A stretch of 62,397 nucleotides of DNA, filler included, from Candidatus Tectimicrobiota bacterium (GCA_016193065.1; 9 parts of 9 records of this genome joined end to end with filler, not necessarily neighbours in it), one strand, 5' to 3'. Shown: positions 1-9,831, counted from the first letter of the whole stretch. Translations and numbers: made by a program. Notes: generated by a model not told the origin, from the letters alone.

Positions 1-1
1 G

Positions 2-268
2 GGACTTTTTCTTCTGATGGTCTTCCAGGCTTTCGGCGTCATGCTTCCCTCATCTCCCGGATTTGTGGGCACCTATCATGCGGCCACGGTAGCGGCGCTT
101 ACCCTCCTGGGGATTTCCAAGACCCTGGCCTTGAGCGTGTCCATAGTTATGCACGCCATGCTCGTGCTGCCTACAGTCGCCATCGGGCTTATCTTCCTGT
201 GGTGGGAAAATCTCTCCCTGGCCGAGGTGGGCAAAATCGGGAAAGAGGCCGGGACCAGCGAAGGCTAG
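2..268 (+). CDS. Lysylphosphatidylglycerol synthase TM / flippase-like (UPF0104) membrane protein, 3' part only
   Basis: Hydrophobic C-terminal helices with LPSSPGFVGTYH motif typical of the family; 5' end outside window. Confidence 0.7.
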   Translation, partial: GLFLLMVFQAFGVMLPSSPGFVGTYHAATVAALTLLGISKTLALSVSIVMHAMLVLPTVAIGLIFLWWENLSLAEVGKIGKEAGTSEG

Positions 269-301
269 AGACCTACGCCTCCCGTAAGGCCGGGAAGAAA
301 C

Positions 302-329
302 TTGATTTATCCCCGAGGAGGGCTATAAT
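302..329 (+). promoter_or_regulatory. sigma70-type promoter for tRNA-Leu
   Basis: TTGATT (302-307), 16 bp, TATAAT (324-329), 25 bp upstream of the tRNA. Confidence 0.6.
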
Positions 330-354
330 AAGCGCGTAACTGGTCAAACTGGTT

Positions 355-442
355 GCCGAAGTGGCGGAATCTGGTAGACGCGCATGATTCAGGGTCATGT
401 AAGCGCAAGCTTGTGGGGGTTCGAGTCCCCCCTTCGGCACCA
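355..442 (+). tRNA. tRNA-Leu (anticodon CAG)
   Basis: Acceptor stem GCCGAAG/CTTCGGC, D-loop TGGTAGAC, anticodon arm CATGA-TTCAGGG-TCATG, long variable arm, GGTTCGAGTCC T-arm, encoded CCA. Confidence 0.97.
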
Positions 443-677
443 ATCCTAGGTGCGAGCCTTTTCCTCTCGAATCAGCTTTCAGCTTCTGCCCAGAAGGCCT
501 GGACACCTGGGTCCGTTGGCAGAGCTGCCAGAGTCATCCCCCACCGCCAATCCCCTTTATTTTTTTGAGCTTAGCCCGTCGTTTTTCCATTAACTCCCTC
601 GGTTTCTTTGACGATAAGAGGCTGTGTGGACCACCACGACCCGTCCAAACAAAGCCTGGAGATCGAAGGGGTAATTC

Positions 678-1664
678 ATGTTGAGCAGCAACAATAGCAA
701 TAAGGATCAAAACCACAATTCCACGATTCTGGTGGTGGACGATGTGGGCCCGAACCTGGAACTCCTGGAGGCTCACCTGATCAGCGAGGGGTACCGGGTG
801 GAAACCGCCACCAACGGCAAGCAAGCCCTGGAAGTGGTGGAGAAAAGCCCGCCCGATCTGATCCTGCTCGATATCCAGATGCCGGGCATGGATGGCTACC
901 AGGTGTGCGAGAAGCTCAAGGGAGAAGACCACACCCGCCTGATCCCCATCGTCATGATCACCGCTTTGAGGGAACTGGAGGACAAGATCAAGGCGATCGA
1001 CGCCGGGGCGGACGACTTCATCAGCAAGCCGTTCAACAAGCTCGAGGTTCTGGCCCGTGTGCGCTCCCTGCTCAAGGTCAAGTACTTGAATGAGCAACTC
1101 GACACGGCGGAAAACGTGATCTTTGCCCTGGCGCAGGCCATTGAGTCCAAAGACAAGTATACCGAGAATCATATCGAGCGGGTTTCGCAATACTCCATGG
1201 AGCTGGCGAGATCCCTGGATCTGTCAGCTACGGACATAGATGCCGTCTACAAGGGCGGACAACTCCACGACATCGGCAAGATCGTTCTGGATGACTCGAT
1301 TATCAACAAACCGGGGAGACTGACCCGGGAAGAGTTTGAACTGGTCAAGCAGCACCCACTGGTGGGGTACAAGATTTGCCACCCTCTGAAATCGGTGCGC
1401 TATGCCTTGCCGGTGATCCGCTGGCATCACGAAAAGCTCGACGGCAGCGGCTATCCGGACGGACTCAAAGGAGATGAGCTTCCCATTGCCGCGCGCATCA
1501 TGGCGGTGGTGGATGTTTACGACGCCCTCACAACGAAACGTTCATACAAAGAGGCTTTCCCGCCTCAGGAAGGCTTCCGGATACTGGAAGAAGAGGCGGC
1601 CAAGGGGTGGTGGGACGGCGATCTGGTGCGCAGGTTCAAAGAAATCCGGCTGAAAAAAGTGTGA
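678..1664 (+). CDS. Response regulator with HD-GYP c-di-GMP phosphodiesterase domain (RpfG-like)
   Basis: N-terminal REC (ILVVDD, LLDIQMP, KPF); HDIGK, HHEKLDGSGYPDGL, DVYDALTTKRSYK. Confidence 0.92.
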   Translation: MLSSNNSNKDQNHNSTILVVDDVGPNLELLEAHLISEGYRVETATNGKQALEVVEKSPPDLILLDIQMPGMDGYQVCEKLKGEDHTRLIPIVMITALRELEDKIKAIDAGADDFISKPFNKLEVLARVRSLLKVKYLNEQLDTAENVIFALAQAIESKDKYTENHIERVSQYSMELARSLDLSATDIDAVYKGGQLHDIGKIVLDDSIINKPGRLTREEFELVKQHPLVGYKICHPLKSVRYALPVIRWHHEKLDGSGYPDGLKGDELPIAARIMAVVDVYDALTTKRSYKEAFPPQEGFRILEEEAAKGWWDGDLVRRFKEIRLKKV

Positions 1665-1672
1665 GGTGAACA

Positions 1673-3490
1673 ATGCACGTGGGATTTTCCACGCTGGGGT
1701 TGGGTATTTTCGGCCTCCTGGCCGGCATCGCGTTTTACGGACCTGAGTTCTCCGAGGGTTATACCGCTAAATTGATCCTGCTTGGATTTTGTGTCCTGCT
1801 CATCGGCTTCGGGGCGAGCTACAGCCAGCTCACCTTCCTGCACCGCAAGGTGAGAGAGGCTGAGGAGGAGGCGAAGCAGGCTCTGCTGGAAAAAAATGTG
1901 GCCCTGGAAACGGCCAACCGGAATCTCGACCAGGCAAACCGCGCCAAGTCCGCCTTTCTGGCCAACATGTCCCATGAGCTTCGCACCCCCCTGAACGCCA
2001 TCATCGGCTTCAGTGAGATTCTGGAGGATCAAACGTTTGGAAGTCTGAACGACAAACAGCTTAGGTATGTGCGCAATGTGAGGAACAGCGGCAAGCATCT
2101 CTTGAACATGATCAACGACATTCTTGACCTGTCCAAAATCGAGGCGGGCAAGCTGGAGCTTCGCCGGGAAAGGTTCCCGCTGGGAGAGACGGTTGACGGC
2201 ATCATCGCAATCGTGAAAGTCCTGGCCAACAAGAAAAACGTGGGACTCACCTACCATATCGACCCCAACCTGAGCGAGATCGAGGCGGACCCCAAGCACT
2301 TCAAGCAGGTGCTCTACAACCTCCTGTCCAACGCCGTCAAGTTCACCCCCGAGGAGGGGAAGGTGGAACTGAACGCGGTCTTGCAGGAGAAGAGCGAGCC
2401 GGAGGTTCGGCGGTTTGTGCAGCTTTCCGTTTCCGATACCGGTATCGGGATCGCTCCCGAAGACTATGGGAAGGTGTTTAGCGAGTTTCAGCAAATCGAT
2501 GACTCCTACTCCCGGCAGCAGGAAGGGACAGGGCTCGGGCTGGCCTTGAGCAAGAAGTTGGTCGAAATGCATGGGGGGGATCTCTGGTTTACGAGTGAGA
2601 AGGGGAAGGGGAGTACCTTCGCCTTCTGCATCCCGCTGGAGTTTTGTTCCGAACCAGTGGAGATCGAGGAGACGACTCCCGTTACCACGGTAGAGAGCCC
2701 GAGGAATGGAGATTCCCATAGGCAACTCATCCTGGTGGTGGAGGATGATCCACGTTCTGCCGAATTGATCTCTATATACCTTTCCCAGGCCGGGTACCGG
2801 GTGGCCCACGCCGCGGATGGGGAGGAGGGGGTGCGTCTTGCGAGCGAGCTCAAACCAAGCGCCGTTACGCTGGACATCATGCTCCCCAAGATGGACGGCT
2901 GGCAGGTCTTGAAGACCCTCAAGGATAATCCCGCCACGCGGGAGATTCCCGTGATCGTCGTTTCCATGGTGGACGACAGACCGATGGCTTATAACCTGGG
3001 GGCCGTCGATTTTCTGCTGAAACCTCTGGACCGCCACGAGCTCTTGGCTAAGCTGGCGAATTTGAAATCGGTTGGAAAGATCACGAGCGATACTCTCCGG
3101 GTTCTGGTTATCGACGACAATACGAAATCTCTGGACCTGATTCATGCTTTCCTCGAGCGCTACGGCTACCAGGTTCAGGGAGCATCCTCGGGTGCTGCGG
3201 GGCTCGAGTTGATGAAAGCCAATCGCTACGACGCCGTGGTGCTGGACTTGATGATGCCGGAGATGAGCGGATTTGATGTTCTTGAAGAGCTCAAGCGCCA
3301 GCCCTGGGGGAAAGATGTTCCTGTCATTGTTTACACGGCCAAGATTGTGACGGCGGAAGATCAGCAGCAGCTTGGCGAGCACATCGCGGGCCTGGTGTCC
3401 AAAGGAGAATCCGGCCAGGATCTTCTAGAGGCTTTGCGCAGATTGCCGCAAGGCCGGGAGAGAAAGGAAATCGCTCATGTCGCCAGTTAA
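1673..3490 (+). CDS. Hybrid sensor histidine kinase with two C-terminal receiver domains
   Basis: Two N-terminal TM helices, H-box FLANMSHELRTPLN, N-box NLLSNAVKFT, G boxes DTGIGI/GTGLGL, two REC domains. Confidence 0.92.
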   Translation: MHVGFSTLGLGIFGLLAGIAFYGPEFSEGYTAKLILLGFCVLLIGFGASYSQLTFLHRKVREAEEEAKQALLEKNVALETANRNLDQANRAKSAFLANMSHELRTPLNAIIGFSEILEDQTFGSLNDKQLRYVRNVRNSGKHLLNMINDILDLSKIEAGKLELRRERFPLGETVDGIIAIVKVLANKKNVGLTYHIDPNLSEIEADPKHFKQVLYNLLSNAVKFTPEEGKVELNAVLQEKSEPEVRRFVQLSVSDTGIGIAPEDYGKVFSEFQQIDDSYSRQQEGTGLGLALSKKLVEMHGGDLWFTSEKGKGSTFAFCIPLEFCSEPVEIEETTPVTTVESPRNGDSHRQLILVVEDDPRSAELISIYLSQAGYRVAHAADGEEGVRLASELKPSAVTLDIMLPKMDGWQVLKTLKDNPATREIPVIVVSMVDDRPMAYNLGAVDFLLKPLDRHELLAKLANLKSVGKITSDTLRVLVIDDNTKSLDLIHAFLERYGYQVQGASSGAAGLELMKANRYDAVVLDLMMPEMSGFDVLEELKRQPWGKDVPVIVYTAKIVTAEDQQQLGEHIAGLVSKGESGQDLLEALRRLPQGRERKEIAHVAS

Positions 3491-3860
3491 AATTCTGGTG
3501 GTGGAAGATAGCCCGATCAACATGGAGTTGGTGACCGATCTCCTGGAGGCGAACGGGTACGAGGTCCTGCAAGCCACTGCGGCCCGTGAGGGAATCGTTC
3601 TGGCCGGCCAAGCTCAGCCTCACCTCATCCTGATGGATATCCAGCTCCCCGGAATGGATGGTCTTACCGCCATCCGGCTTCTGAAAGAAGATCCGCGCAC
3701 TTCCCGGATACCCGTCATCGCCCTGAGCGCTCACGCCATGGTCGGGGATCAGGACAAGGCCGAGCAGGCCGGTTGTGACGGCTACATTACCAAGCCCATC
3801 GATACCCGGACGTTTCCCAAATTGGTCGATTCATTCGTGAAGACCAAACAACCTGCCTAG
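3477..3860 (+). CDS. Single-domain response regulator (DivK/CheY-like)
   Basis: KILVVED, LMDIQLPGMDG, GCDGYITKPID; overlaps kinase stop. Confidence 0.9.
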   Translation: MSPVKILVVEDSPINMELVTDLLEANGYEVLQATAAREGIVLAGQAQPHLILMDIQLPGMDGLTAIRLLKEDPRTSRIPVIALSAHAMVGDQDKAEQAGCDGYITKPIDTRTFPKLVDSFVKTKQPA

Positions 3861-3924
3861 TGCCGGTCTAATTATCCCTGCTCAGAAAATGCCCTGCTCA
3901 CCTCCTCCCTACCCCTCCCCCTCG

Positions 3925-4056
3925 GAGACTGTGTCGCAATCCACCGTTCGCCCTTCGACAAGCTCAGGACGAACGGGTAAGTGGTTGGATTTCCGTGTGT
4001 CGTCGTCCGTTCGTGGTGAGCCTGTCGAACCATGAACGGACTTATGACACAGTCTC
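3925..4056. mobile_element. MITE-like element (132 bp) with ~15-bp terminal inverted repeats and TCG target duplication
   Basis: Left GAGACTGTGTCGCAA, right TTATGACACAGTCTC; TCG at 3922-3924 and 4057-4059; two internal inverted REP-like hairpins. Confidence 0.7.
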
Positions 4057-4175
4057 TCGAGGGGGAGGGTATAGGTGGAGGGGATTTCCATGATGCACGG
4101 GTGGACCAACGGTCCATGAGAACTGATCCGAAGAAAAGGTCGTGTCATCGGTCAGGCCACCGCCTGGCGTAAAAC

Positions 4176-5057
4176 TCAGCGGATAGCGGCGAATTGAGGA
4201 TCCGTAATGGACTCCGGCACAATCGGGTTTACCCCGGCATTGCGCGCCTGAAAGTCGATCTCGGAGCGCAGTGAATCCAGAGAAAGCTCGGCGGTCCAGC
4301 GGTCCTTAAGCAGGTCGTAGCCGCGCACGGCGAGAGAGGGCTCCAAGTGAAAATAGCGCGAGATGAAATCCACCGCAGTCCCACGGTCTTCCTTCAAGGC
4401 TGTGACCCCGCGAACATAGCTGCGCACTACGGCTTCAACGAGAGGGCGTCGCTGTGCGATGGTCGCTGTGGTCGCCACCAGGCCATGGCTTGCGGTGCCG
4501 GGAAAGTGGGTGCTCAGCTCGGTTAAGGACTTGAATCCCTTGGCGTGGAGGAGAAAGGGGGTGGGGGGAGAGGCGATAAGCCCCGTGTAGGCTCCCTCTT
4601 CGAACTTGCGGACGCGGTCGGCCATGGTCTCGGGAGAAACCTGGGGAACCAGGAAAACATCCCGGTCGGGGATGAGGCCGTTCTTTTGGAAAAACCATCG
4701 GGTTTGAATCTCCGGGGTCGAGCCGGCACCCGGGATGGCGATGCTCTTCCCTCTCAACTCCTGAATACCTTGGATCTCGGCAGGGACGATCAGGTCGTGC
4801 AGGGGGTCCTTGAGGACCTGCAGGAGGATCTTTAGGTCCGTGGGCCCGCGGAGGGCCGTCTGGATCACGCACTCGTTGGCGGCTCCAAAGTCCGCTTCGC
4901 CTTGGGCCACTGCCTCGGTGTTATGCAACCCGGGGCGGACGATCACTTCGACCTCGATCCCTTCTTTTCGAAAAAATCCCTGCTCGATTCCGAAGAGGTA
5001 GTTACACAGGTTTAAAGTCGGGGCCATGATCGCGAGACGAATTTTCTCGTTTCCCAT
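4176..5057 (-). CDS. NMT1/THI5/SsuA-like ABC substrate-binding-fold protein, no obvious signal peptide
   Basis: GFFRKEGIEVEV and LRGKSIAIPGAGST motifs; ATG at 5057 preceded by GGGAG. Confidence 0.8.
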   Translation of the reverse strand: MGNEKIRLAIMAPTLNLCNYLFGIEQGFFRKEGIEVEVIVRPGLHNTEAVAQGEADFGAANECVIQTALRGPTDLKILLQVLKDPLHDLIVPAEIQGIQELRGKSIAIPGAGSTPEIQTRWFFQKNGLIPDRDVFLVPQVSPETMADRVRKFEEGAYTGLIASPPTPFLLHAKGFKSLTELSTHFPGTASHGLVATTATIAQRRPLVEAVVRSYVRGVTALKEDRGTAVDFISRYFHLEPSLAVRGYDLLKDRWTAELSLDSLRSEIDFQARNAGVNPIVPESITDPQFAAIR

Positions 5058-5168
5058 TGGGTTCTCCCTTGCATCATTTTTGAAAATGAGGTTGGCATGC
5101 GACCTGATGTTGTGATGGTACGTTAATTTCCCAATCTTGTAAAGCACGTCCTTTTTATTTTCCTTGCG

Positions 5169-5213
5169 AAATCCCCCCTTCCCCCCTTTTTAAAGGGGGG
5201 AGGAGGGGGGATT
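5169..5213. repeat. C-run/G-run REP-like palindrome
   Basis: AAATCCCCCCTTCCCCCCTTTTTAAAGGGGGGAGGAGGGGGGATTT. Confidence 0.6.
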
Positions 5214-5253
5214 TTCTTGGTGACCTCCGTCGTCGGTCCCTCTGCTAGCTAAG

Positions 5254-5282
5254 TTGACAAGGGGGAGGGGCTATACTACGAT
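5254..5282 (+). promoter_or_regulatory. sigma70-type promoter for CDF-fusA
   Basis: TTGACA (5254-5259), 17 bp, TACGAT (5277-5282). Confidence 0.6.
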
Positions 5283-5328
5283 TCCGGTGAGAAGTCCCGT
5301 TGTCATGGGGAATCGCGAGGGTTTTGAC

Positions 5329-6537
5329 ATGGCGGATTCGTGGCAGGTGGATCGCGAGGAAACGCGCCGGCGCAATTACCGGGAGGCGCGCAACATTACC
5401 TGGATTGGCGCGGCCATCAACTTCCTCATCGGCAGTCTCAAGATCCTGTTTGGCATCCTGGGGCACAGTCATGTGTTGGTGGCCGACGGGGTGCATTCCT
5501 TTTCCGATCTGGCCACGGATTTCGTGGTCCTGGTCGGCATCCGGGCTGCCAACCGTCCGTTCGACGAAGGGCACCCATACGGTCATGGCCGCTTTGAAAC
5601 CATGGGGACGCTCGTCCTCGGAGTGGTCCTCTTCGGAGCCGGTGCCTGGATCCTGGTGGAGATTCTGGGCCGGATTCAGCGCGGGATTTTCCTGGTTCCC
5701 ACGGCTCCCACGCTGTTCATTGCGATTCTGTCGATCATCACGAAAGAATCTCTGTTCCGCTGGACACTGAAAGTGGGTCGGCGGACGGGGAACTCCTCCG
5801 TGATTGCCAACGCCTGGGACCACCGCTCCGACGCGCTGTCCTCGCTGGCTGCCCTCGTGGGCATCGGCGGGGCGCGGGCCGGATGGCCTGTCCTGGACCC
5901 CGTGGCTGCAGTGGTCGTTTCCCTTCTGGTCATGGCAGCGGGATGGAAGATCTCTCGCGGGGCGGTCCTGGAGCTGGTGGATACTGCGATTCCCGGGTCG
6001 ATCCGGGAGCAGATCTCGCGTGTGGCCAAGGAAACGCCCGGAGTGCTTGGGCATCATGCCCTGCGCACCCGGCGCGTCGGGCAGGACATCTACGTGGATG
6101 TTCACATCGAAGTGGATCCCCGTCTCAGCGTCCTGCAAGGGCACGATGTGGCCAAATCCGTGAAAGAAGAGATCCGGAAGAGAATTACGGATGTGGCCGA
6201 CGTGCTGGTGCATATGGAGCCCGAAGGGAATCACAGCCCGGATTCCAGGACCCGGAAGGGGAAGCGGTTTGTGCAGAACATCGTGAAGGTCTCGCAGGAG
6301 GCCCAGGGAGTCCGCGGCGTCCACGGGATCTCGACCCATTATCTGGGAAACCGGTACCTGGTCCACTTGGACATCGAGGTGGACCCGGAGATCAGCGTTC
6401 AGGCCGGCCATCAAATTGCCGAGGAGGTGAGAGAGCGGATCCGCCGGCTGGAAGAGGTCGAGGACGCCGTCGTCCACATTGAACCCTTCCCGGATCGGGA
6501 CCGGGAACGAGATGCAGGAGAGGAAAGGATCGGGTAG
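5329..6537 (+). CDS. Cation diffusion facilitator transporter (FieF-like) with tandem C-terminal ZT-dimer domains
   Basis: [26 protein letters not shown]; two copies of (V/L)D(V/I)HIEVDP..S..(Q/A)GH...VH(M/I)EP-type segments. Confidence 0.9.
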   Translation: MADSWQVDREETRRRNYREARNITWIGAAINFLIGSLKILFGILGHSHVLVADGVHSFSDLATDFVVLVGIRAANRPFDEGHPYGHGRFETMGTLVLGVVLFGAGAWILVEILGRIQRGIFLVPTAPTLFIAILSIITKESLFRWTLKVGRRTGNSSVIANAWDHRSDALSSLAALVGIGGARAGWPVLDPVAAVVVSLLVMAAGWKISRGAVLELVDTAIPGSIREQISRVAKETPGVLGHHALRTRRVGQDIYVDVHIEVDPRLSVLQGHDVAKSVKEEIRKRITDVADVLVHMEPEGNHSPDSRTRKGKRFVQNIVKVSQEAQGVRGVHGISTHYLGNRYLVHLDIEVDPEISVQAGHQIAEEVRERIRRLEEVEDAVVHIEPFPDRDRERDAGEERIG

Positions 6538-6539
6538 GA

Positions 6540-6703
6540 ATGGCGAAACCGCCGGGTCTTTCTCAAATCAGGAACATCGGCATCATCTCACATATCGACG
6601 CGGGCAAAACCACAGTAACCGAACGGATTCTCTATTACACGGGGATCACGCACCGCATGGGAGAAGTCCACGAAGGCACCGCCGTGATGGATTACATGGA
6701 GCA
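6540..6703 (+). CDS. fusA: Elongation factor G, N-terminal fragment (contig end)
   Basis: [26 protein letters not shown]...[14 protein letters not shown]. Confidence 0.92.
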
Positions 6704-6803
6704 NNNNNNNNNNNNNNNNNNNNNNNNNNNNNNNNNNNNNNNNNNNNTTAATTAATTAANNNNNNNNNNNNNNNNNNNNNNNNNNNNNNNNNNNNNNNNN
6801 NNN
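6704..6803. other. Artificial contig linker
   Basis: N44-TTAATTAATTAA-N44 (stops in all six frames). Confidence 0.99.
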
Positions 6804-7633
6804 AAAATCCAGCTACTCAGGAAAACCTTCAGAAGCTGCGCCAGCGTGGCGTGCACATTGCTGGCCCCGCCTTGGGGCACCTGGCATCGGGCCAGGTGGG
6901 ACCGGGCCGCCTACTTGAGCCCGCCGAGCTTATCGGGCACATTCGCACCATCCTGGGGCGCACAGGTGACCTGGCAGGCAAGACCATAGTGGTCACCGCG
7001 GGCGGAACCCAGGAGCCCATCGACCCAGTCCGGGTGGTCACCAACCTCTCTTCGGGAAAGATGGGCTACGCTCTGGCTGCAGCCGCCGTCGGCCGTGGGG
7101 GCCGGGTTATTTTGATTAGCGGGCCCGTGACTATTCCTGCGCCCATCGGACTCTCCCAGTATGTCTCCGTGTCCACCGCCGCAGAAATGCGCGACGCCGT
7201 CATGAGCCGGCTCGGGGAGGTGGAGGTGGTCATCAAAGCCGCAGCGGTGGCCGACTTCCGTCCCCAAAAAGCCGCCCGCGGCAAGATCAAGAAGGACACA
7301 ACCTCCCTTTCGCTGGCGCTGGAGCGGACTCCGGACATTTTGGCTGAGATCGGGGCCGTAAAAGAGGACCGGATCTTGGTAGGCTTTGCCGCCGAGACGG
7401 ATAATCTTCTGGAAAACGCCCGGCGAAAGATCAAGGAAAAGAACCTCGATCTTCTGGTCGTTAACGACGTGGGGCGTCCGGACATCGGCTTTCACAGCGA
7501 CTACAACCAGGTCACCTTCGTGTACGCCGATGGAACTTCCGAGGAAACCCCGCGGCTCCTCAAAACGGAAATTGCGGGAATCATCCTCGACCGCGTTGCA
7601 TCCCTGATCTCCCGACGCCGGGGGCGACCGTGA
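6804..7633 (+). CDS. coaBC: Phosphopantothenoylcysteine decarboxylase/ligase, 5'-truncated
   Basis: VVTAGGTQEPIDPVRVVTNLSSGKMGYA, AAAVADF, LVGFAAET, VVNDV. Confidence 0.95.
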
Positions 7634-8339
7634 GCAATGAGCGGAGACCCCTGCCGGAAGAAGCCCGGGAACTGGCGGACATTGCCGCCGCCTTGCGCGG
7701 GATCGTGCTGGCCCAAAGGGAATCCGGACTCCACGTTCTGCCCTGGAAATCAACTCCGCAGCCGGCATCAGTCCCCTCTCCGGAGCTTTCCCTGGACGAG
7801 CTTGCCGCCGTGGTGGCCCGCTGCACTCTCTGCGCCCTCCACAAAGGGCGGACCCGGACGGTATTCGGGACAGGAGCCAGGGATGCTCGGCTGATGTTTA
7901 TCGGGGAAGGTCCGGGGCGGGACGAGGACCTCCAGGGAGAAGCCTTTGTCGGGGCGGCCGGGCAACTACTGACGAGGATTATCGGGGCCATAGGACTGCG
8001 CCGGGATCAAGTCTATATTGCGAACATCGTCAAGTGCCGCCCCCCCAACAACCGGACCCCACATGCCGAGGAGATTGCCTCTTGCCGACCTTACCTCACG
8101 GCCCAGATCGATCTGATCCGTCCCAGGATCATCTGCACGCTGGGAAATGTGGCGGCTCAGGCGATCCTGGAAACCACCGAGAAGATATCTTCCTTACGGG
8201 GAAAGTTTCACCGCTGGCGTGATATCCTGGTCATGCCACCTATCACCCCGCCTTCCTGCTGCGGAATCCCGAGAAGAAACGGGATGTCTGGGAAGATATG
8301 AAAATGGTTCAAAAAGAGCTTTCCCAACCAGACTCGTAA
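7630..8339 (+). CDS. Family 4 uracil-DNA glycosylase ([4Fe-4S]); single-base frameshift near 8237
   Basis: [31 protein letters not shown]; canonical [12 protein letters not shown]-terminus continues in another frame to TAA 8337-8339. Confidence 0.88.
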
Positions 8340-8548
8340 CGCCAATCCGAAATTCCCCGCCGCGGTCATTCGACGCAGGCCCGCGGGTGGCGCCGGGGAA
8401 GCCTCCGCAGAGCCGCGCGAAAGTGGGACCCTCGTCAGGGTGACGAAGCGCGGATCGAGAAGGCGACCCGGCGACAGGACCTGCGGGCCAACAGCACGCA
8501 TCAACCCAGTTTTTTTGGATTAGGGGTAATTCTTTCTGCTAGTGAAAA

Positions 8549-9583
8549 CTAGCGCGCTGGCACTCCGTGCAGGACCCTGCCGGCCGCCTCGATGAAGGGC
8601 TGCAGCTCCACCATGAGCTTCTCAAACTTGCTCGGCTTCAAGGACTGGGGCCCATCCGAGAACGCCTCCTCCGGCCGCGGATGCACCTCCACCATGATCC
8701 CGTCGGCCCCCGCCGCTATGGCCGCCTTGGCCATGGGAATCACGTACCGCCAGTTCCCCGTGGCGTGGCTCGGATCCACAATGACCGGCAAATGGGTCTC
8801 CTCCTTGAGCACCGGAACCGAACTGATGTCCAGAGAATTCCGGGTGGCCGTCTCAAACGTCCGGATCCCCCGCTCGCACAGAATCACGTTGGGGTTCCCC
8901 TCCGACAGAATGTACTCGGCCGACATCAAAAACTCCTGGATCGTGGTCATCATGCCGCGCTTCAAAAACACCGGCTTGGAGACCCGCCCCAGACGCTTGA
9001 GCAACGAGAAGTTCTGCACGTTGCGGGCCCCCACCTGCAGAATATCCGCATAGGCATTCACCAGGTCCACCTCCTCGGGGTTCATCACCTCGGTGATGAT
9101 CGGCAACCCGGTCTCCTCCCGCGCTTCCGCCAAAATCCGCAGCCCCTCCTCGGCCATCCCCTGAAACGCGTAGGGAGACGTGCGCGGCTTGAAGGCTCCC
9201 CCGCGCAATATGTGAGCCCCATGGGCCTTGACCACGCGGGCCGTCTCCAAAACCTGCTCCCGGCTCTCCACCGAGCAGGGACCGGCCATGACGACGACCT
9301 CCGGTCCCCCAATCTTGACCCCTCCCACGGAGATCACGGTCCCTTCCGACTTGAACTGCCGGCCCCCCAGCTTGTAGGGCTTCAGGATGGGAACCACGCT
9401 CTCCACGCCGGGCATGGAGATGAGAGCCTGGAGCTGGGCCTTGCCCCGCTCATCCCCCACCGCGCCGATGACCGTCTTTTCCACTCCCCGGATGAGGTGC
9501 GTGTTATATCCCATGGCCTTCCCCCGGCCGATCACTTCTTCGACTTGCGCATCCGTCGACTTGCCCTTCATTACGATGATCAT
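8549..9583 (-). CDS. aroF: DAHP synthase, type I-beta with N-terminal regulatory domain
   Basis: [48 protein letters not shown]; start 9583 best spaced from GGGAG (alternative 9589). Confidence 0.95.
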   Translation of the reverse strand: MIIVMKGKSTDAQVEEVIGRGKAMGYNTHLIRGVEKTVIGAVGDERGKAQLQALISMPGVESVVPILKPYKLGGRQFKSEGTVISVGGVKIGGPEVVVMAGPCSVESREQVLETARVVKAHGAHILRGGAFKPRTSPYAFQGMAEEGLRILAEAREETGLPIITEVMNPEEVDLVNAYADILQVGARNVQNFSLLKRLGRVSKPVFLKRGMMTTIQEFLMSAEYILSEGNPNVILCERGIRTFETATRNSLDISSVPVLKEETHLPVIVDPSHATGNWRYVIPMAKAAIAAGADGIMVEVHPRPEEAFSDGPQSLKPSKFEKLMVELQPFIEAAGRVLHGVPAR

Positions 9584-9612
9584 CTCCATCTCCCTCGTTA
9601 GTTGCCAAATGA

Positions 9613-9651
9613 AAAACGGGCCATCCTGTCTTCTACCCGGCGGCCCGTTTT
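9613..9651 (-). terminator. Second hairpin in the aroF leader, possible additional terminator
   Basis: AAAACGGGCC...GGCCCGTTTTT inverted repeat between the attenuator and the aroF RBS. Confidence 0.45.
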
Positions 9652-9657
9652 ACCCAT

Positions 9658-9692
9658 AAAAAAAGCCGCGGGGCTCTTCGTCCACCCGCGGC
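9658..9692 (-). terminator. Intrinsic terminator (attenuator) upstream of aroF
   Basis: GCCGCGGG/CCCGCGGC stem followed by T7 on minus strand. Confidence 0.85.
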
Positions 9693-9711
9693 CTGTATTG
9701 AGTTCGCTTAG

Positions 9712-9831
9712 CTAACTGTTCCTGCTCTCACCACCCAACACAGCGCCCGGGCAGACGGGGGTAAAGTAAAAGCAATAAAAGTACCGCCAAGCCCCTTTCT
9801 GCCCGATTCTCTCTGCGACGCTGGGTGTCAT
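9712..9831 (-). CDS. 39-aa aromatic amino acid leader peptide of aroF
   Basis: GAGGA RBS + ATG; MTPSVAERIGQKGAWRYFYCFYFTPVCPGAVLGGESRNS; mutually exclusive RNA helices and terminator downstream. Confidence 0.85.
   Translation of the reverse strand: MTPSVAERIGQKGAWRYFYCFYFTPVCPGAVLGGESRNS

Noticed and set aside
460-540. Possible c-di-GMP riboswitch upstream of the HD-GYP gene
   Set aside because: Only a GGCAG..CTGCC hairpin; the GGCAAA/GAAA/CGCAAAG core is absent
273-568. Short ORFs overlapping 355-442
   Set aside because: They are translations of the tRNA-Leu gene
1565-3382. 605-aa minus-strand ORF
   Set aside because: Antisense shadow of the hybrid kinase; no motifs
3872-4148. ORFs containing SPFMVRQAHHER / PFVLSLSKG
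   Set aside because: Translations of the MITE/REP hairpins, not genes
355-5213. Genomic island integrated at tRNA-Leu
   Set aside because: No duplicated tRNA 3' end, integrase or compositional shift seen downstream
7630-8339. UdgX assignment for the glycosylase
   Set aside because: Has KCRPP (family 4), not the KHFK...KRRIH loop of UdgX
8567-9601. 344-aa plus-strand ORF, and similar ones at 5245-6477, 33738-34865, 35304-36320 and 53001-53966
   Set aside because: Antisense to well-supported genes
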